IMG/VR virus record: IMGVR_UViG_3300025133_009669
Location: 1 to 64,000 of that record
Source of the DNA: a virus
Direction: 5' to 3' (one strand)
DNA length: 64,000 bases
Shown here: piece by piece, positions 19,927 through 29,293 of the stretch
Layout: the number at the start of each line of letters is the position of its first letter
How positions within the stretch are numbered: the stretch's first letter is position 1
The notes under the pieces: generated by a model
What the model was told of the DNA's origin: nothing
The model's input: the letters and a program-made list of their open reading frames with translations, nothing else
Databases searched by the model: none
Program-made: the position numbers and the translations under genes

Positions 19927-22318
19927 TTACAAGAATAAGAACATTCTTATAAAAACGTATCTTTCTGAATCTGGACTGTTTTATCTTGGAAAATCTCTCG
20001 GCAAGCATTTAGAGCGCCATAATAACGTAGTCTTTATGGCTAAGGAAAAATACAAAAAAGATGATCGCGGAATGTTTCGCCGCTTTTATCCCACGCCCTA
20101 TGATGAGGCAGCTTTAGACGGACTGAGTATCGTAAAGGTTAATGCGCGAGACTCAATAGAAGGCCAGGTTCTAAAGGCAATAAAAACACATCGTATAGAT
20201 GTAATTATTTCGTTAGAAACATTCATGAGAAAAGCTCAGTGGGTTCGTAAGGCAAGGATGGCCGGAGTCATCGTATGCGACGTTCCAATGCCAGAGTGGA
20301 CAAGCAAACAGTTTATCGAAAATAATTCTTATTCAATTTTTAATAAAATCCTTTGTCTTACAGAGACTTCATTAAAGGTTTTCTCAAAATACAAGACGGC
20401 TGAGCGATATGAGTGGGATTACGTAGATCGGGAATTGTTCCGTCCCAAAACAACTAAGGCATCGCTTCCAGCACTGACTTTTTATCACCCTGGAGCCTTA
20501 AATCCTGGGTTTTCTCAGAAAAATACAACTCAAGTTTTAGAGGCATTTTCTTCATTCTCTGAGAAGACAAAGGGGGATTATCAGCTGTTGGTAACAGGAA
20601 GGCTTGACGAAAAACAAGCAAATATAGTTAATAAATGCAAGAAAATCATACTAATACCAGAAGTATTAGATAGAGAGAAAGTTGCTGAGTTATATGATGA
20701 ATCCCATTGCCTGATAATCCCCTCTACGAGAGAGGGTCTTGGGCTTAGCTTTTATGAAGCCAAGGCTATGGGGTGCGAAATTATTACTGTAGATGCAGAC
20801 CCGATGAACAAGCACGCGAATTACCTTTCAAAGGTTTTATCGTATAATAAGAATGAAAGTCCCGTTCCATTTGCTGTGACTTCCTCCGAGAATATCGAAG
20901 AACAAATAACGAAATATTATAAGGATCATAAGATGAAAGAGAAAAAGACCCAAGAAGAAATTGAGCATGAAAATAATCAATTACTAGAGGCCTTTGAGGC
21001 TCAGACTGAAGACGCGAGCCCTCAGCCAGATGGTATGGACCCTGCTGTTTTGGCTAAGCTAAAAAGCAAAATGAGCTCTACAACACCCAGCTTGGAGGAA
21101 GAAGTGGATATTGTTAATCAGAGAAAAGTAAGCATAGAGCTTGCTGTAATTGGAGTTGGACAGGCTGGCTCACGAATCGCAGAGGTATTTCACCAGAAAG
21201 GATATGATGTCGGCGTCATTAATACTTCTGAACAAGATCTTGAGTTCATTGATGTTGCGCCAGGACAAAAGCTACTGCTAGAAGGTAGTCTCGGTGGAAC
21301 AGGTAAGGATCTAGATCTCGGAAGAGAGATTTTTGCAGAAAGCGCTGGTCAAATTTCTCCTTTTATTGAGGATGTAATTAGCGGAAACAATATGGCTTAC
21401 CTCGCAATCTCGGGCGGCGGCGGCTCAGGCAGCAGTTCCGTTGATACCCTAGTTCCCATGCTTTACGAGACTGGACTTCCGGTTGGCGTGATATATGTAC
21501 TTCCGAAGGCGACCGAAGATGCGCAATCAAAGAAGAACTCAATAGAAACTCTGTCTAGGCTGGCCAAGCTAACTGCGGATAATATGGTTTCCAACTTAAT
21601 CGTTGTTGATAACGCTAGAATTGAGCAGATTTATGCAAATCTCAGTCAGGCCGACTTCTGGGAGGCCTCAAACAATGCAATTGTAGAGCCGTTACATATT
21701 TTTAACTCACTAACATCTACTGCATCAAGATTTACTTCGTTAGATCCAAGTGATTTCGGAAGAATTATTTCATGTGGAGATTGCTCTATATACGGGGTAA
21801 TGTCAGTTGATGACTATATGGAAGAAACTGCTTTAGCAGAAGCTGTCATTGAGAGTTTGAACTCAAATATGTTGGCATCTGGCTTTGATATTTCGCAAAC
21901 ACGAGCTGGCGGAGTAATCATTACGGGTCCAGAAGAAGTTCTTCGAAAGATTCCAGCGCTAAATATTAATTACTGCTTCCATATGATATCTGAACAAACG
22001 AATGGAGCATCAGTTTATCAGGGTGTTTATGCGGTAGACTCTGACGAAGATTGCGTCAAGATCTATAGCTGGTTTGCCGGGTTAGGCCTTCCTAAGGATC
22101 GCGTTGAAAACCTGAAGAAAGAAAGCATGGAGCATGCTGCCGTAGCCACAGAGAAAGAGAGAAATCGCGCATCGGCAATGACTCTTGATCTTGGTGATGA
22201 CAAGGTGAATACTGTTGCCGAAGAAGTTACGAGGAAAATCCAGAAAAAGAAGTCAAGCTTCAGCCGCCTACAGCGAGGATCAAGGCCTTCTCTTATAGAT
22301 AAAAGAAGGAAGGGTTAA
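19916..22318 (+). CDS. Fusion: N-terminal GT4 glycosyltransferase + C-terminal tubulin/FtsZ-family GTPase
   Basis: GT4 motif PSTREGLGLSFYEAKAMG; tubulin/FtsZ loops VIGVGQAGSRIAE, INTSEQDL, GGTGKD, SGGGGSGSS, VVDNARI, SLDPSDF; one continuous frame; internal AAGGA + in-frame ATG at 20933. Confidence 0.8.
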   Translation: MGLDYKNKNILIKTYLSESGLFYLGKSLGKHLERHNNVVFMAKEKYKKDDRGMFRRFYPTPYDEAALDGLSIVKVNARDSIEGQVLKAIKTHRIDVIISLETFMRKAQWVRKARMAGVIVCDVPMPEWTSKQFIENNSYSIFNKILCLTETSLKVFSKYKTAERYEWDYVDRELFRPKTTKASLPALTFYHPGALNPGFSQKNTTQVLEAFSSFSEKTKGDYQLLVTGRLDEKQANIVNKCKKIILIPEVLDREKVAELYDESHCLIIPSTREGLGLSFYEAKAMGCEIITVDADPMNKHANYLSKVLSYNKNESPVPFAVTSSENIEEQITKYYKDHKMKEKKTQEEIEHENNQLLEAFEAQTEDASPQPDGMDPAVLAKLKSKMSSTTPSLEEEVDIVNQRKVSIELAVIGVGQAGSRIAEVFHQKGYDVGVINTSEQDLEFIDVAPGQKLLLEGSLGGTGKDLDLGREIFAESAGQISPFIEDVISGNNMAYLAISGGGGSGSSSVDTLVPMLYETGLPVGVIYVLPKATEDAQSKKNSIETLSRLAKLTADNMVSNLIVVDNARIEQIYANLSQADFWEASNNAIVEPLHIFNSLTSTASRFTSLDPSDFGRIISCGDCSIYGVMSVDDYMEETALAEAVIESLNSNMLASGFDISQTRAGGVIITGPEEVLRKIPALNINYCFHMISEQTNGASVYQGVYAVDSDEDCVKIYSWFAGLGLPKDRVENLKKESMEHAAVATEKERNRASAMTLDLGDDKVNTVAEEVTRKIQKKKSSFSRLQRGSRPSLIDKRRKG

Positions 22319-22319
22319 C

Positions 22320-23225
22320 ATGGCGATTGACAAGGTTTTTTACAATAGATCTAGCGCGAACTCTTTGGGATGGGAGCCGAGTTGGTTTGGAGCAGAGCAT
22401 TTTGATGAAGACCTTACTTCTAAGGTAAGAAAGTGGCAGCGAGCCAGAGGCTTAGTGGCAGATGGTCTCGTTGGTCCAACTACTTATCGAAGGATTTGGA
22501 CTGAGCGAGAAGAAGAGAGCAATCATCGTCCTATGGAAATTTCGCGTTCTAGCGAAGAGAGCTTTATTGTTCATAATGGTCGGCATATTCCGATAAAATG
22601 GAACAAGGTTATTCGCTGGGATCAGCCAAACGGATTGAGGTCTAATAAGGGCAACTATTATGATTACTCCGGAAAGCCTGATCGAAAGCCTACTTTTTTC
22701 ATAAATCATTGGGATGTATGTCTGTCTTCGGAATCTTGCGCCAAAGTTCTAAATAAAAGAGGTATCTCTGTTCACTTCTGTATCGATAATGACGGCACAA
22801 TCTATCAGCTTTTAGACACTCAGCATGGAGCATGGCACGCAGGAAGCACAGAGGCAAACAAGCGCTCTATTGGAGTTGAGATAAGCAACGCTTATTATCC
22901 CAAATACCAGTCTTGGTATGTGAAGAATGGATTTGGAGAAAGACCCATCAAGAGCGGGGCGCAAGTTCATGGAGGAACATTAGGTGATTTCACATGGTTT
23001 TATCCAGAGCAGATAGCTGCACTAAAGGCTCTTTGGTCAGCAGTCAGTTCGGGACTAGATATCCCATTAGAGTACCCTAAGGATAGCTCTGGAGCCCTGA
23101 GCACAACGGTTCATGAGGAATGTCGAAAGGCAACCTTCCGTGGATTCTGCAACCATTATGATCTGAGCAAGAGAAAGATAGATTGCGCAGGCCTTCTTAT
23201 TGATGAACTAATTGAAGATCTTTGA
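22320..23225 (+). CDS. N-acetylmuramoyl-L-alanine amidase with N-terminal peptidoglycan-binding domain (endolysin-like)
   Basis: WQRARGLVADGLVGPTT (PG_binding_1); SVHFCIDNDGTIYQ...AWHAG...SIGVEISN...HYD...DC (Amidase_2). Confidence 0.85.
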   Translation: MAIDKVFYNRSSANSLGWEPSWFGAEHFDEDLTSKVRKWQRARGLVADGLVGPTTYRRIWTEREEESNHRPMEISRSSEESFIVHNGRHIPIKWNKVIRWDQPNGLRSNKGNYYDYSGKPDRKPTFFINHWDVCLSSESCAKVLNKRGISVHFCIDNDGTIYQLLDTQHGAWHAGSTEANKRSIGVEISNAYYPKYQSWYVKNGFGERPIKSGAQVHGGTLGDFTWFYPEQIAALKALWSAVSSGLDIPLEYPKDSSGALSTTVHEECRKATFRGFCNHYDLSKRKIDCAGLLIDELIEDL

Positions 23226-23279
23226 TCTTAATTGATTTTATGGCCATAGCGCAAGGCGCGGCTATATTCAGTAGCGAAC

Positions 23280-25652
23280 ATGATAGATCTCATATTAAAT
23301 AATATAGACTGTGAAATCCGAGGAGCCATAGACTCTAAGGACGTTAAGGCTTTGGATAAGATCATGAGTTATGATCATCCCGGTTATGCCTTTATGAAAG
23401 GGGCCAGAGGTGGGTATGGAAGCGGCGGCGCTCATGGAGGTTGGGATGGGAAAGTAAGGCTTCTGACGAAAGCCGGAAGATTTCCGATCGGGCTTCTGAG
23501 TATGGCTGAAGCTTTTTTTAAAGAGCATAAGATTGAGTATAAAGTCAAAGATTTAAGGTCAAAGATAAAATATGGACCTGAGATCCCGTTGGTGGTTGGA
23601 GATAAATTTGAAGCCAGAGATTATCAGGATAAGGCGATTGTTAAGGCTTATAAAGCTGGAAGCGGAATTATAAAAATGGCCACAGGCTGTCATGCAAAAG
23701 GAACTAAGGTTCTTATGTATGATGGGTCAACGAAGAAAGTAGAAGATATAGTCCCCGGAGATCAGGTTATGGGCCCTGATTCGAAGCCTAGGGCCGTGCT
23801 AGAGCTTTGTCGCGGTAGAGATAGGATGGTAAAAATAATACCCACAAAAGGGCAGCCCTTTACTATCAATCAAGAGCATATACTATCCTTAAAGCGAACT
23901 AAGAGAAAAGCTGGGGATAAGTTCGCCGGAAATATAGAGGATATAAGCTTCTCTGACTGGGAGAAGCTAACTCCCTATGGAAAGCATATTAGAAAGCTAT
24001 ATAGAGTTGGCATAGAATTTCCTAAAAAAGATTTACCTATAGAGCCATATTTTCTGGGATTATCTCTGGAAAATGGAGATCTTGATTTATCTACAGGCAC
24101 TACTCCTGGGAGTAAGTTTATACCGAATAAATACAAGACCTCAAATCGAGAAGATAGACTTCAAGTATTGGCAGGCCTTATAGACGCAGGCGGCCATTAT
24201 AATGGAAGGATTTATGATTATGCATCTAAATCTAAAGAATTAGTTAATGACATAGCATTTATATCAAGAAGCCTAGGTTTAGCTGCATACATAACAAAGC
24301 AGGACAAAATTTGTATGAGCAATGACGTTGCAGGGCGTTATAGGGTAACGATTTCTGGAGATCTAGACATTATTCCCTGCAGGTTGCCCAGAAAAATTGC
24401 AAATCCAAGAAGGCAGAAGAAAAATGTATTAGTTACTGGCTTCAAGTATGAGGAGGCTGGCGAGGATGACTACTTTGGATTCAAAGTAGATTCCGATAAT
24501 AGGTATTTGCTGGAAGACTTTACCGTTACTCATAATTCTGGAAAAAGCTTTACAATTGCTTCGTTAGTCGCAAAATATAATATACCAACTGTAGTTTACG
24601 TTATTGGAATCGAACTTCTTTATCAAATGAAAGAAACAATTGAGGCCTCTTATGGAATAGAGTGCGGAATTGTTGGCGGTGGAGAATGTGACACATCAAA
24701 GGCGGTAACTATTATGACTATTTGGTCTGCTGCCGCTGCATTTAATAAGAAGATTAAGATAACAGATAACGATACAACTGGAGACTCCAAAAAGCATACA
24801 GATAAGCTTAACAAAGAGATGGTTAGGAAGCGAGTTCAAGAAGCTCAGCTTTTCATCTTTGATGAATGCCAATATGCAGCATCAGAAACTCTTCAGTTTC
24901 TTCATAAGGCTAGCGTGTCCGCAAGACATAGGTTCTTGTTCTCGGGAACGCCCTGGAGAGATACTGGCGATGATATTCTGATCGAAGCAGTTTCAGGCCC
25001 CAGGATAGTTGACGTTAGCGCTACCTTTTTGATCGAAAAGGGATATCTCGTTCAGCCAAAGATTTACTTTTTAGACGTACCAGTGATGAGAGGAGTAGGC
25101 AAGACTTACCATGATGTCTATAAGAATTACGTTGTAGAAAATGAAGATAGAAATGATCTAATTATAAAAGCAGCAAAGCAGTTAGTGAGGCAGGGCAAGA
25201 AGGTGCTCATTCTTGTTGTTCGTGTAGGTCACGGAAATATTCTTTTAGAGAAGCTGCAAGATGATTTCCGGATAAAGTTTTTAGATGGAACAAAGTCCTC
25301 AAAGCTAAGGATGGAGTCGATAGAGGAGATGAAGGCCGGCAAGCTCGACATAATGATAGCCTCCAAGATCTTCGATCAGGGGGTTGACATTCCAGATCTT
25401 GACGCCTTAATTCTTGCCGGCTCAGGAAAGTCCTCTGGTCGGGCCTTGCAGAGGATTGGTCGAGTAATTAGAAAAGCGGATGGAAAGAAAAAGGCCATTG
25501 TTGTTGAGTTTTTTGATAACTGTAAGTACTTAAGAGATCATTCTGAAGCAAGAATAAAAGTTTATAGAAGCGAATCAGGATTTGATATTAAGAGGCAGAA
25601 GAATAAGGCTCCAATGACCTATCCGAAACGTGCCCCAGTAAAATGGGTTTAG
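23280..25652 (+). CDS. Superfamily 2 DNA/RNA helicase (UvsW/XPB-like) containing an intein
   Basis: RDYQ, Walker A restored as ATG|SGKS after splicing, DECQ, SGTP, DQGVDIP, QRIGRVIR. Confidence 0.88.
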   Translation: MIDLILNNIDCEIRGAIDSKDVKALDKIMSYDHPGYAFMKGARGGYGSGGAHGGWDGKVRLLTKAGRFPIGLLSMAEAFFKEHKIEYKVKDLRSKIKYGPEIPLVVGDKFEARDYQDKAIVKAYKAGSGIIKMATGCHAKGTKVLMYDGSTKKVEDIVPGDQVMGPDSKPRAVLELCRGRDRMVKIIPTKGQPFTINQEHILSLKRTKRKAGDKFAGNIEDISFSDWEKLTPYGKHIRKLYRVGIEFPKKDLPIEPYFLGLSLENGDLDLSTGTTPGSKFIPNKYKTSNREDRLQVLAGLIDAGGHYNGRIYDYASKSKELVNDIAFISRSLGLAAYITKQDKICMSNDVAGRYRVTISGDLDIIPCRLPRKIANPRRQKKNVLVTGFKYEEAGEDDYFGFKVDSDNRYLLEDFTVTHNSGKSFTIASLVAKYNIPTVVYVIGIELLYQMKETIEASYGIECGIVGGGECDTSKAVTIMTIWSAAAAFNKKIKITDNDTTGDSKKHTDKLNKEMVRKRVQEAQLFIFDECQYAASETLQFLHKASVSARHRFLFSGTPWRDTGDDILIEAVSGPRIVDVSATFLIEKGYLVQPKIYFLDVPVMRGVGKTYHDVYKNYVVENEDRNDLIIKAAKQLVRQGKKVLILVVRVGHGNILLEKLQDDFRIKFLDGTKSSKLRMESIEEMKAGKLDIMIASKIFDQGVDIPDLDALILAGSGKSSGRALQRIGRVIRKADGKKKAIVVEFFDNCKYLRDHSEARIKVYRSESGFDIKRQKNKAPMTYPKRAPVKWV
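23688..24536 (+). mobile_element. Intein (283 aa) in the helicase Walker A motif, with a degenerate LAGLIDADG endonuclease
   Basis: Starts CHAKGTKVLMYDG, block B TINQEHIL, LAGLIDAGG, ends FTVTHN followed by Ser. Confidence 0.92.
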
Positions 25653-25742
25653 CCCTACTGTCTTAGCTGCAAGACAAAATATCTGTAAATTTATAGGTCC
25701 TATCTGATTTTTCCCGTATGATATATCCATCGGGAGGGCCCT

Positions 25743-26342
25743 ATGGATCAAGACGAATTTTATCAAAAAATTCCAGAATGGATTTCCAAGCCTAAGGATA
25801 CGTGGAATCACATAACTCTTATGGCGTACTTTTGTCACAAGTATGAAAAAGTACACGGAGTTCGGTTTAGGCTGGTCAGATGGCAATCTGACCCAGGAAA
25901 AGGAAAAGAAAGTAGGGACTTCGCCAAGTTATTCAAAACATTGGCGCCAGAAGGCTATTCTGCACTTCCTGCGTTAAAGAAGAAAGAGATAAGAGCTCAA
26001 ACAAACATCAAGATATATAACTATATAAATTGGATTTTTGATTATAAGTTTAGGCGTGGCGATCGTTCTGTTACAGGAACAAAACTTTTTCTTTTGCCAT
26101 CCATGATTAATGAATTTGAAAGAATGTACTCTACTTTCTTAAAGAAAAAGCAGTCAACAAATAAATTCGAGATTCTTCTAAAATGGGCAAAGCTGGAGAC
26201 TCCGACAATATTTGAGCATCATCAGGTTGAACATCCTGAGGATGTAGGTATGATAAAAACATATGCGGAAAGCTATCATTTGGAAGACGGTTCTGTTGAG
26301 CTTATGTTTTTAGATAAGGCCAAAGGATTAGGTTTAATATGA
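25743..26342 (+). CDS. Hypothetical protein (possible replication initiator or loader partner)
   Basis: GGAGG RBS; 199 aa; lies upstream of DnaC/DnaB-like genes; function from context only. Confidence 0.5.
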   Translation: MDQDEFYQKIPEWISKPKDTWNHITLMAYFCHKYEKVHGVRFRLVRWQSDPGKGKESRDFAKLFKTLAPEGYSALPALKKKEIRAQTNIKIYNYINWIFDYKFRRGDRSVTGTKLFLLPSMINEFERMYSTFLKKKQSTNKFEILLKWAKLETPTIFEHHQVEHPEDVGMIKTYAESYHLEDGSVELMFLDKAKGLGLI

Positions 26343-26785
26343 AGGAAAAGAAAACTCTAGAAAATATGGAGGTGACCCTCTATATGGACGGAGGTTGGGA
26401 AGTCTCTGGAAAGGTGGAAAAGGTAGACCCCGATAAATTTATTATCGAAAGCAATGGCTCTCTCGTTATGGCCTTTAGAGATAAAATCTCATGCTTGGCA
26501 GTCTCTGAAGGACAGAGGGCAGCCAAGCCAGGGCCCGCTGTTCAATTCCAGCAAAAGAAGGACGAGCAACCAGAGGACTTAGAAGGCCCCTTTCCGATGA
26601 ATGGTCTAATGTATGATGAGACCTCTATGTCTATTCCTGCTACTCTTCTTGGCAAGTCTAGGGCTCAATTTGATTCTGATGATGACTTATCTGTCTTTTA
26701 TCCAGGCGGAGCAGGGATCTCTGATTCAAAGGATGGCTCTAGCTCTAATATCTCTTTCGGAATAGAAGATGATTCCGAAGAATAA
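26339..26785 (+). CDS. Hfq/Sm-like fold protein with acidic C-terminal tail
   Basis: VTLYMDGGWEVSGKVEKVDPDKFIIESNGSLVMAFRDKISCL aligns by eye with Hfq Sm1/Sm2 (VSIYLVNGIKLQGQIESFD...MVYKHAISTV). Confidence 0.55.
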   Translation: MKEKKTLENMEVTLYMDGGWEVSGKVEKVDPDKFIIESNGSLVMAFRDKISCLAVSEGQRAAKPGPAVQFQQKKDEQPEDLEGPFPMNGLMYDETSMSIPATLLGKSRAQFDSDDDLSVFYPGGAGISDSKDGSSSNISFGIEDDSEE

Positions 26786-27446
26786 GCTGGACAGAATAAA
26801 GGAAAAGGTATTGGCGGAATGCGATAGCTGCTCCAGAGAGGGGTGCCCTAGGTGCTTGTCTAAGGCGTCAAGGCTTGACCGATACTATATTGCGGATATT
26901 CCTGTGGAATATTGGTCGCTTTCTTTCAGGGATTTTGCCGGTGATCCGAACTTTAAAGCCTTAATAAAAGAAAAGATGAAGAATATAGACTCCCTATATG
27001 ATTCGGGTAAATCTTTTATGTTCGCTGGAAATCTTGGAACCGGAAAAACGTATACCGCATGTTGCATCTTAAAAAGGGCTGTGAGCACAGGCTATTCTGG
27101 CCTTTATACTACAATGGCAGATGTTGTAGCAAATATGTTATCTCGCGAAATTGATACTTCAAGATATTATGCAGAATTAACTGGAAAGGACTTCTTGGTT
27201 ATTGATGAATTTAGTTCACATTGGATCTTTCCATCAGAAAAAGCAGAGCAACTATTCGGGACTTCAATAGAGTATGTCTTAAGAACTAGGTTTCAAAATC
27301 AGCTACCAACGATACTGTGTACAAACGATAGCGATGTAGACAAGATCTTTGGAGGCTTTAACGCTAAGTCATTTAAATCACTACGCAGTCATCATGTAGA
27401 ATTTTTCGTCGTAGGCGGAAAAGATCATAGGAGAAAGAATGCTTGA
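26769..27446 (+). CDS. DnaC/IstB-like AAA+ helicase loader
   Basis: CxxC...CxxC zinc site, GNLGTGKT, LVIDEF, RTRFQNQLPTILCTN, GKDHR. Confidence 0.82.
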   Translation: MIPKNKLDRIKEKVLAECDSCSREGCPRCLSKASRLDRYYIADIPVEYWSLSFRDFAGDPNFKALIKEKMKNIDSLYDSGKSFMFAGNLGTGKTYTACCILKRAVSTGYSGLYTTMADVVANMLSREIDTSRYYAELTGKDFLVIDEFSSHWIFPSEKAEQLFGTSIEYVLRTRFQNQLPTILCTNDSDVDKIFGGFNAKSFKSLRSHHVEFFVVGGKDHRRKNA

Positions 27447-28806
27447 TGCCAAAATTTTAAATTGGATGATGCAAGGTTCCTCCAATTTGAATGACGTATA
27501 TAGAGAAGTTCAGCCAGACCTCCTTAGGTCTATCTTTCTTTCGAAATATAAGGCTAGCTTTATTAGTATTGACGATTATTATTCGAGACATAAAATTCCG
27601 CCTTCTTATACAGTTCTTAAGAAGATCCTTATTAATGAAGGTGAAGATCCGGACATTCTCGATTTTGTCGAAGACAAGGAGTGTCAGGGAAATGAGGTAG
27701 GCTTTTATCTCGATGAGATTAAGCAAAGATATAATAAGTTTTTAATCGCAAAGCTTGCAGAGAAGGCCGAAGAAATAGAGGAGAATGACGAGGGCCTAGA
27801 GGACTTTAATGATGAGCTGAAAAAAACCATCTCTAAGACGGAAAGGCTTTATAAGAGCGATGTTTTTACTCAAGGAGATATAACTGATTCTGTAGGCCAG
27901 AGGATTGACAACTATCTGTATACAAAAGAGAATCCTGATGAGATCAAAGGCTTTCTTTCTGGCTATCAAGAGATAGATGATTATACATGGGGAGTTAAAG
28001 ACTCTGAAATGTTAGTGATAGCTGGAGCGAGCTCATCTGGCAAGTCTATGTTAATGCAGTGTATGGCTGTTAATGCGTGGCTTGGCAGCAACGTTCCATC
28101 CGAAGGAATTGTTGGTCATAATGACGGGAAAGACGTACTTATGATTACTCTTGAGATGAGTAAGAAGCAATATGAGGCGCGAGTAGACGCAAACGTCGCC
28201 AAGGTTAGGCATAGAGGAATTGTCCGAGCGCAATTATCTGCCGAAGAGAAGCTTCGATGGGATAGCTGCCTTGAGTTCCAAAAGAATTATGATAAAAAAT
28301 TCTATATATTGGATATGCCTCGCGGAACTACGATGGGTGAAATTGAAGCAAAATATGAAACGTTGCTTGGCGAATTTACTCCTGATGCAGTATTTATAGA
28401 TTACCTGCAGCTAATGAAACCGACGGTTGGGCAGAAGGGCCAAGACTGGCTGGACGTAGGCCATGTCTCGGAAGAATTGCATGAATTTTGCAGAAAGAAA
28501 AATAAGCCAGTCGTAACTGCTGCTCAGAGGAAGACTGCACAGAAGAAGTCTGGAGGAAAAAGAATTGATGACGTAAATCTTGAAGACTTAGGGCGAAGCA
28601 AGATGATTGGAGATAATGCGGCGATCGTAATGATCATTGCAAATCGAGAAGACGAGCATCTTAGAGAAGACATGGAAATTCATCTAGTAAAGAATAGAGA
28701 TGGAGCAAAGGGAAAGGTTCTTCTGCGAAAAGATTTTGCAAGATCCCGCATAGAAGCACTTCCTGATAATTGGACAGAGAGCTTTGGCGAGGAAAATGAA
28801 CTCTAA
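27439..28806 (+). CDS. dnaB: Replicative DnaB-like helicase
   Basis: AGASSSGKS, ITLEMS, FIDYLQLM, VTAAQ, KNRDG. Confidence 0.85.
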   Translation: MLDAKILNWMMQGSSNLNDVYREVQPDLLRSIFLSKYKASFISIDDYYSRHKIPPSYTVLKKILINEGEDPDILDFVEDKECQGNEVGFYLDEIKQRYNKFLIAKLAEKAEEIEENDEGLEDFNDELKKTISKTERLYKSDVFTQGDITDSVGQRIDNYLYTKENPDEIKGFLSGYQEIDDYTWGVKDSEMLVIAGASSSGKSMLMQCMAVNAWLGSNVPSEGIVGHNDGKDVLMITLEMSKKQYEARVDANVAKVRHRGIVRAQLSAEEKLRWDSCLEFQKNYDKKFYILDMPRGTTMGEIEAKYETLLGEFTPDAVFIDYLQLMKPTVGQKGQDWLDVGHVSEELHEFCRKKNKPVVTAAQRKTAQKKSGGKRIDDVNLEDLGRSKMIGDNAAIVMIIANREDEHLREDMEIHLVKNRDGAKGKVLLRKDFARSRIEALPDNWTESFGEENEL

Positions 28807-29107
28807 TAATAAGATCTTGAAAACATTAAGAAAAGATGACATCGTGGTGATTGAGACTAGCTTAGATATAAGCTATGGAGAGGCCGCAAGATACCTTATA
28901 AGGAAAGTCGATAAAAAGAGTCGATCATTATCGGTTTTATCTTTAGAGCCTTTTTTCTTTGGAAAAGAGCAAGTAGAGGCCCCGGTTCTAATGATGCCTT
29001 TTTCGATGATCAAGAAGATCAAGCACGGAAACAAAAATGATCTCTTGTTCCTGTTTGATCAGATTAAAAATCCGCACATTATGGAGGCAATCAGGGGTCT
29101 TAAATGA
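28796..29107 (+). CDS. Hypothetical protein
   Basis: Coupled ORF downstream of dnaB; ATG at 28796 in the frame of the 28784 ORF. Confidence 0.55.
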   Translation: MNSNNKILKTLRKDDIVVIETSLDISYGEAARYLIRKVDKKSRSLSVLSLEPFFFGKEQVEAPVLMMPFSMIKKIKHGNKNDLLFLFDQIKNPHIMEAIRGLK

Positions 29108-29289
29108 GAGAGGATAAAGTTGGGCATATAAAGAACATAATGTTTGATGATGAAACGAAAAATATGGAAATAACCCTTATCATAACAGACAATAAGTTTA
29201 AGAAAAAAATTCTGAGAGACTTTTCTCTAGCAGGAAAGCTTAAGTTTGAGGAAGACAAAGTGATCTACATTACTAATATAACGGAATAA
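29104..29289 (+). CDS. Hypothetical protein
   Basis: 61-aa ORF in a tightly packed operon. Confidence 0.55.
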   Translation: MREDKVGHIKNIMFDDETKNMEITLIITDNKFKKKILRDFSLAGKLKFEEDKVIYITNITE

Positions 29290-29293
29290 ACTA

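Noticed and set aside
19916-22318. Calling the tubulin-like domain a bona fide cell-division ftsZ
   Set aside because: The signature is divergent (GQAG, GGGGSGS), there are no dcw-cluster neighbours or FtsZ C-terminal core peptide, and the context is phage-like
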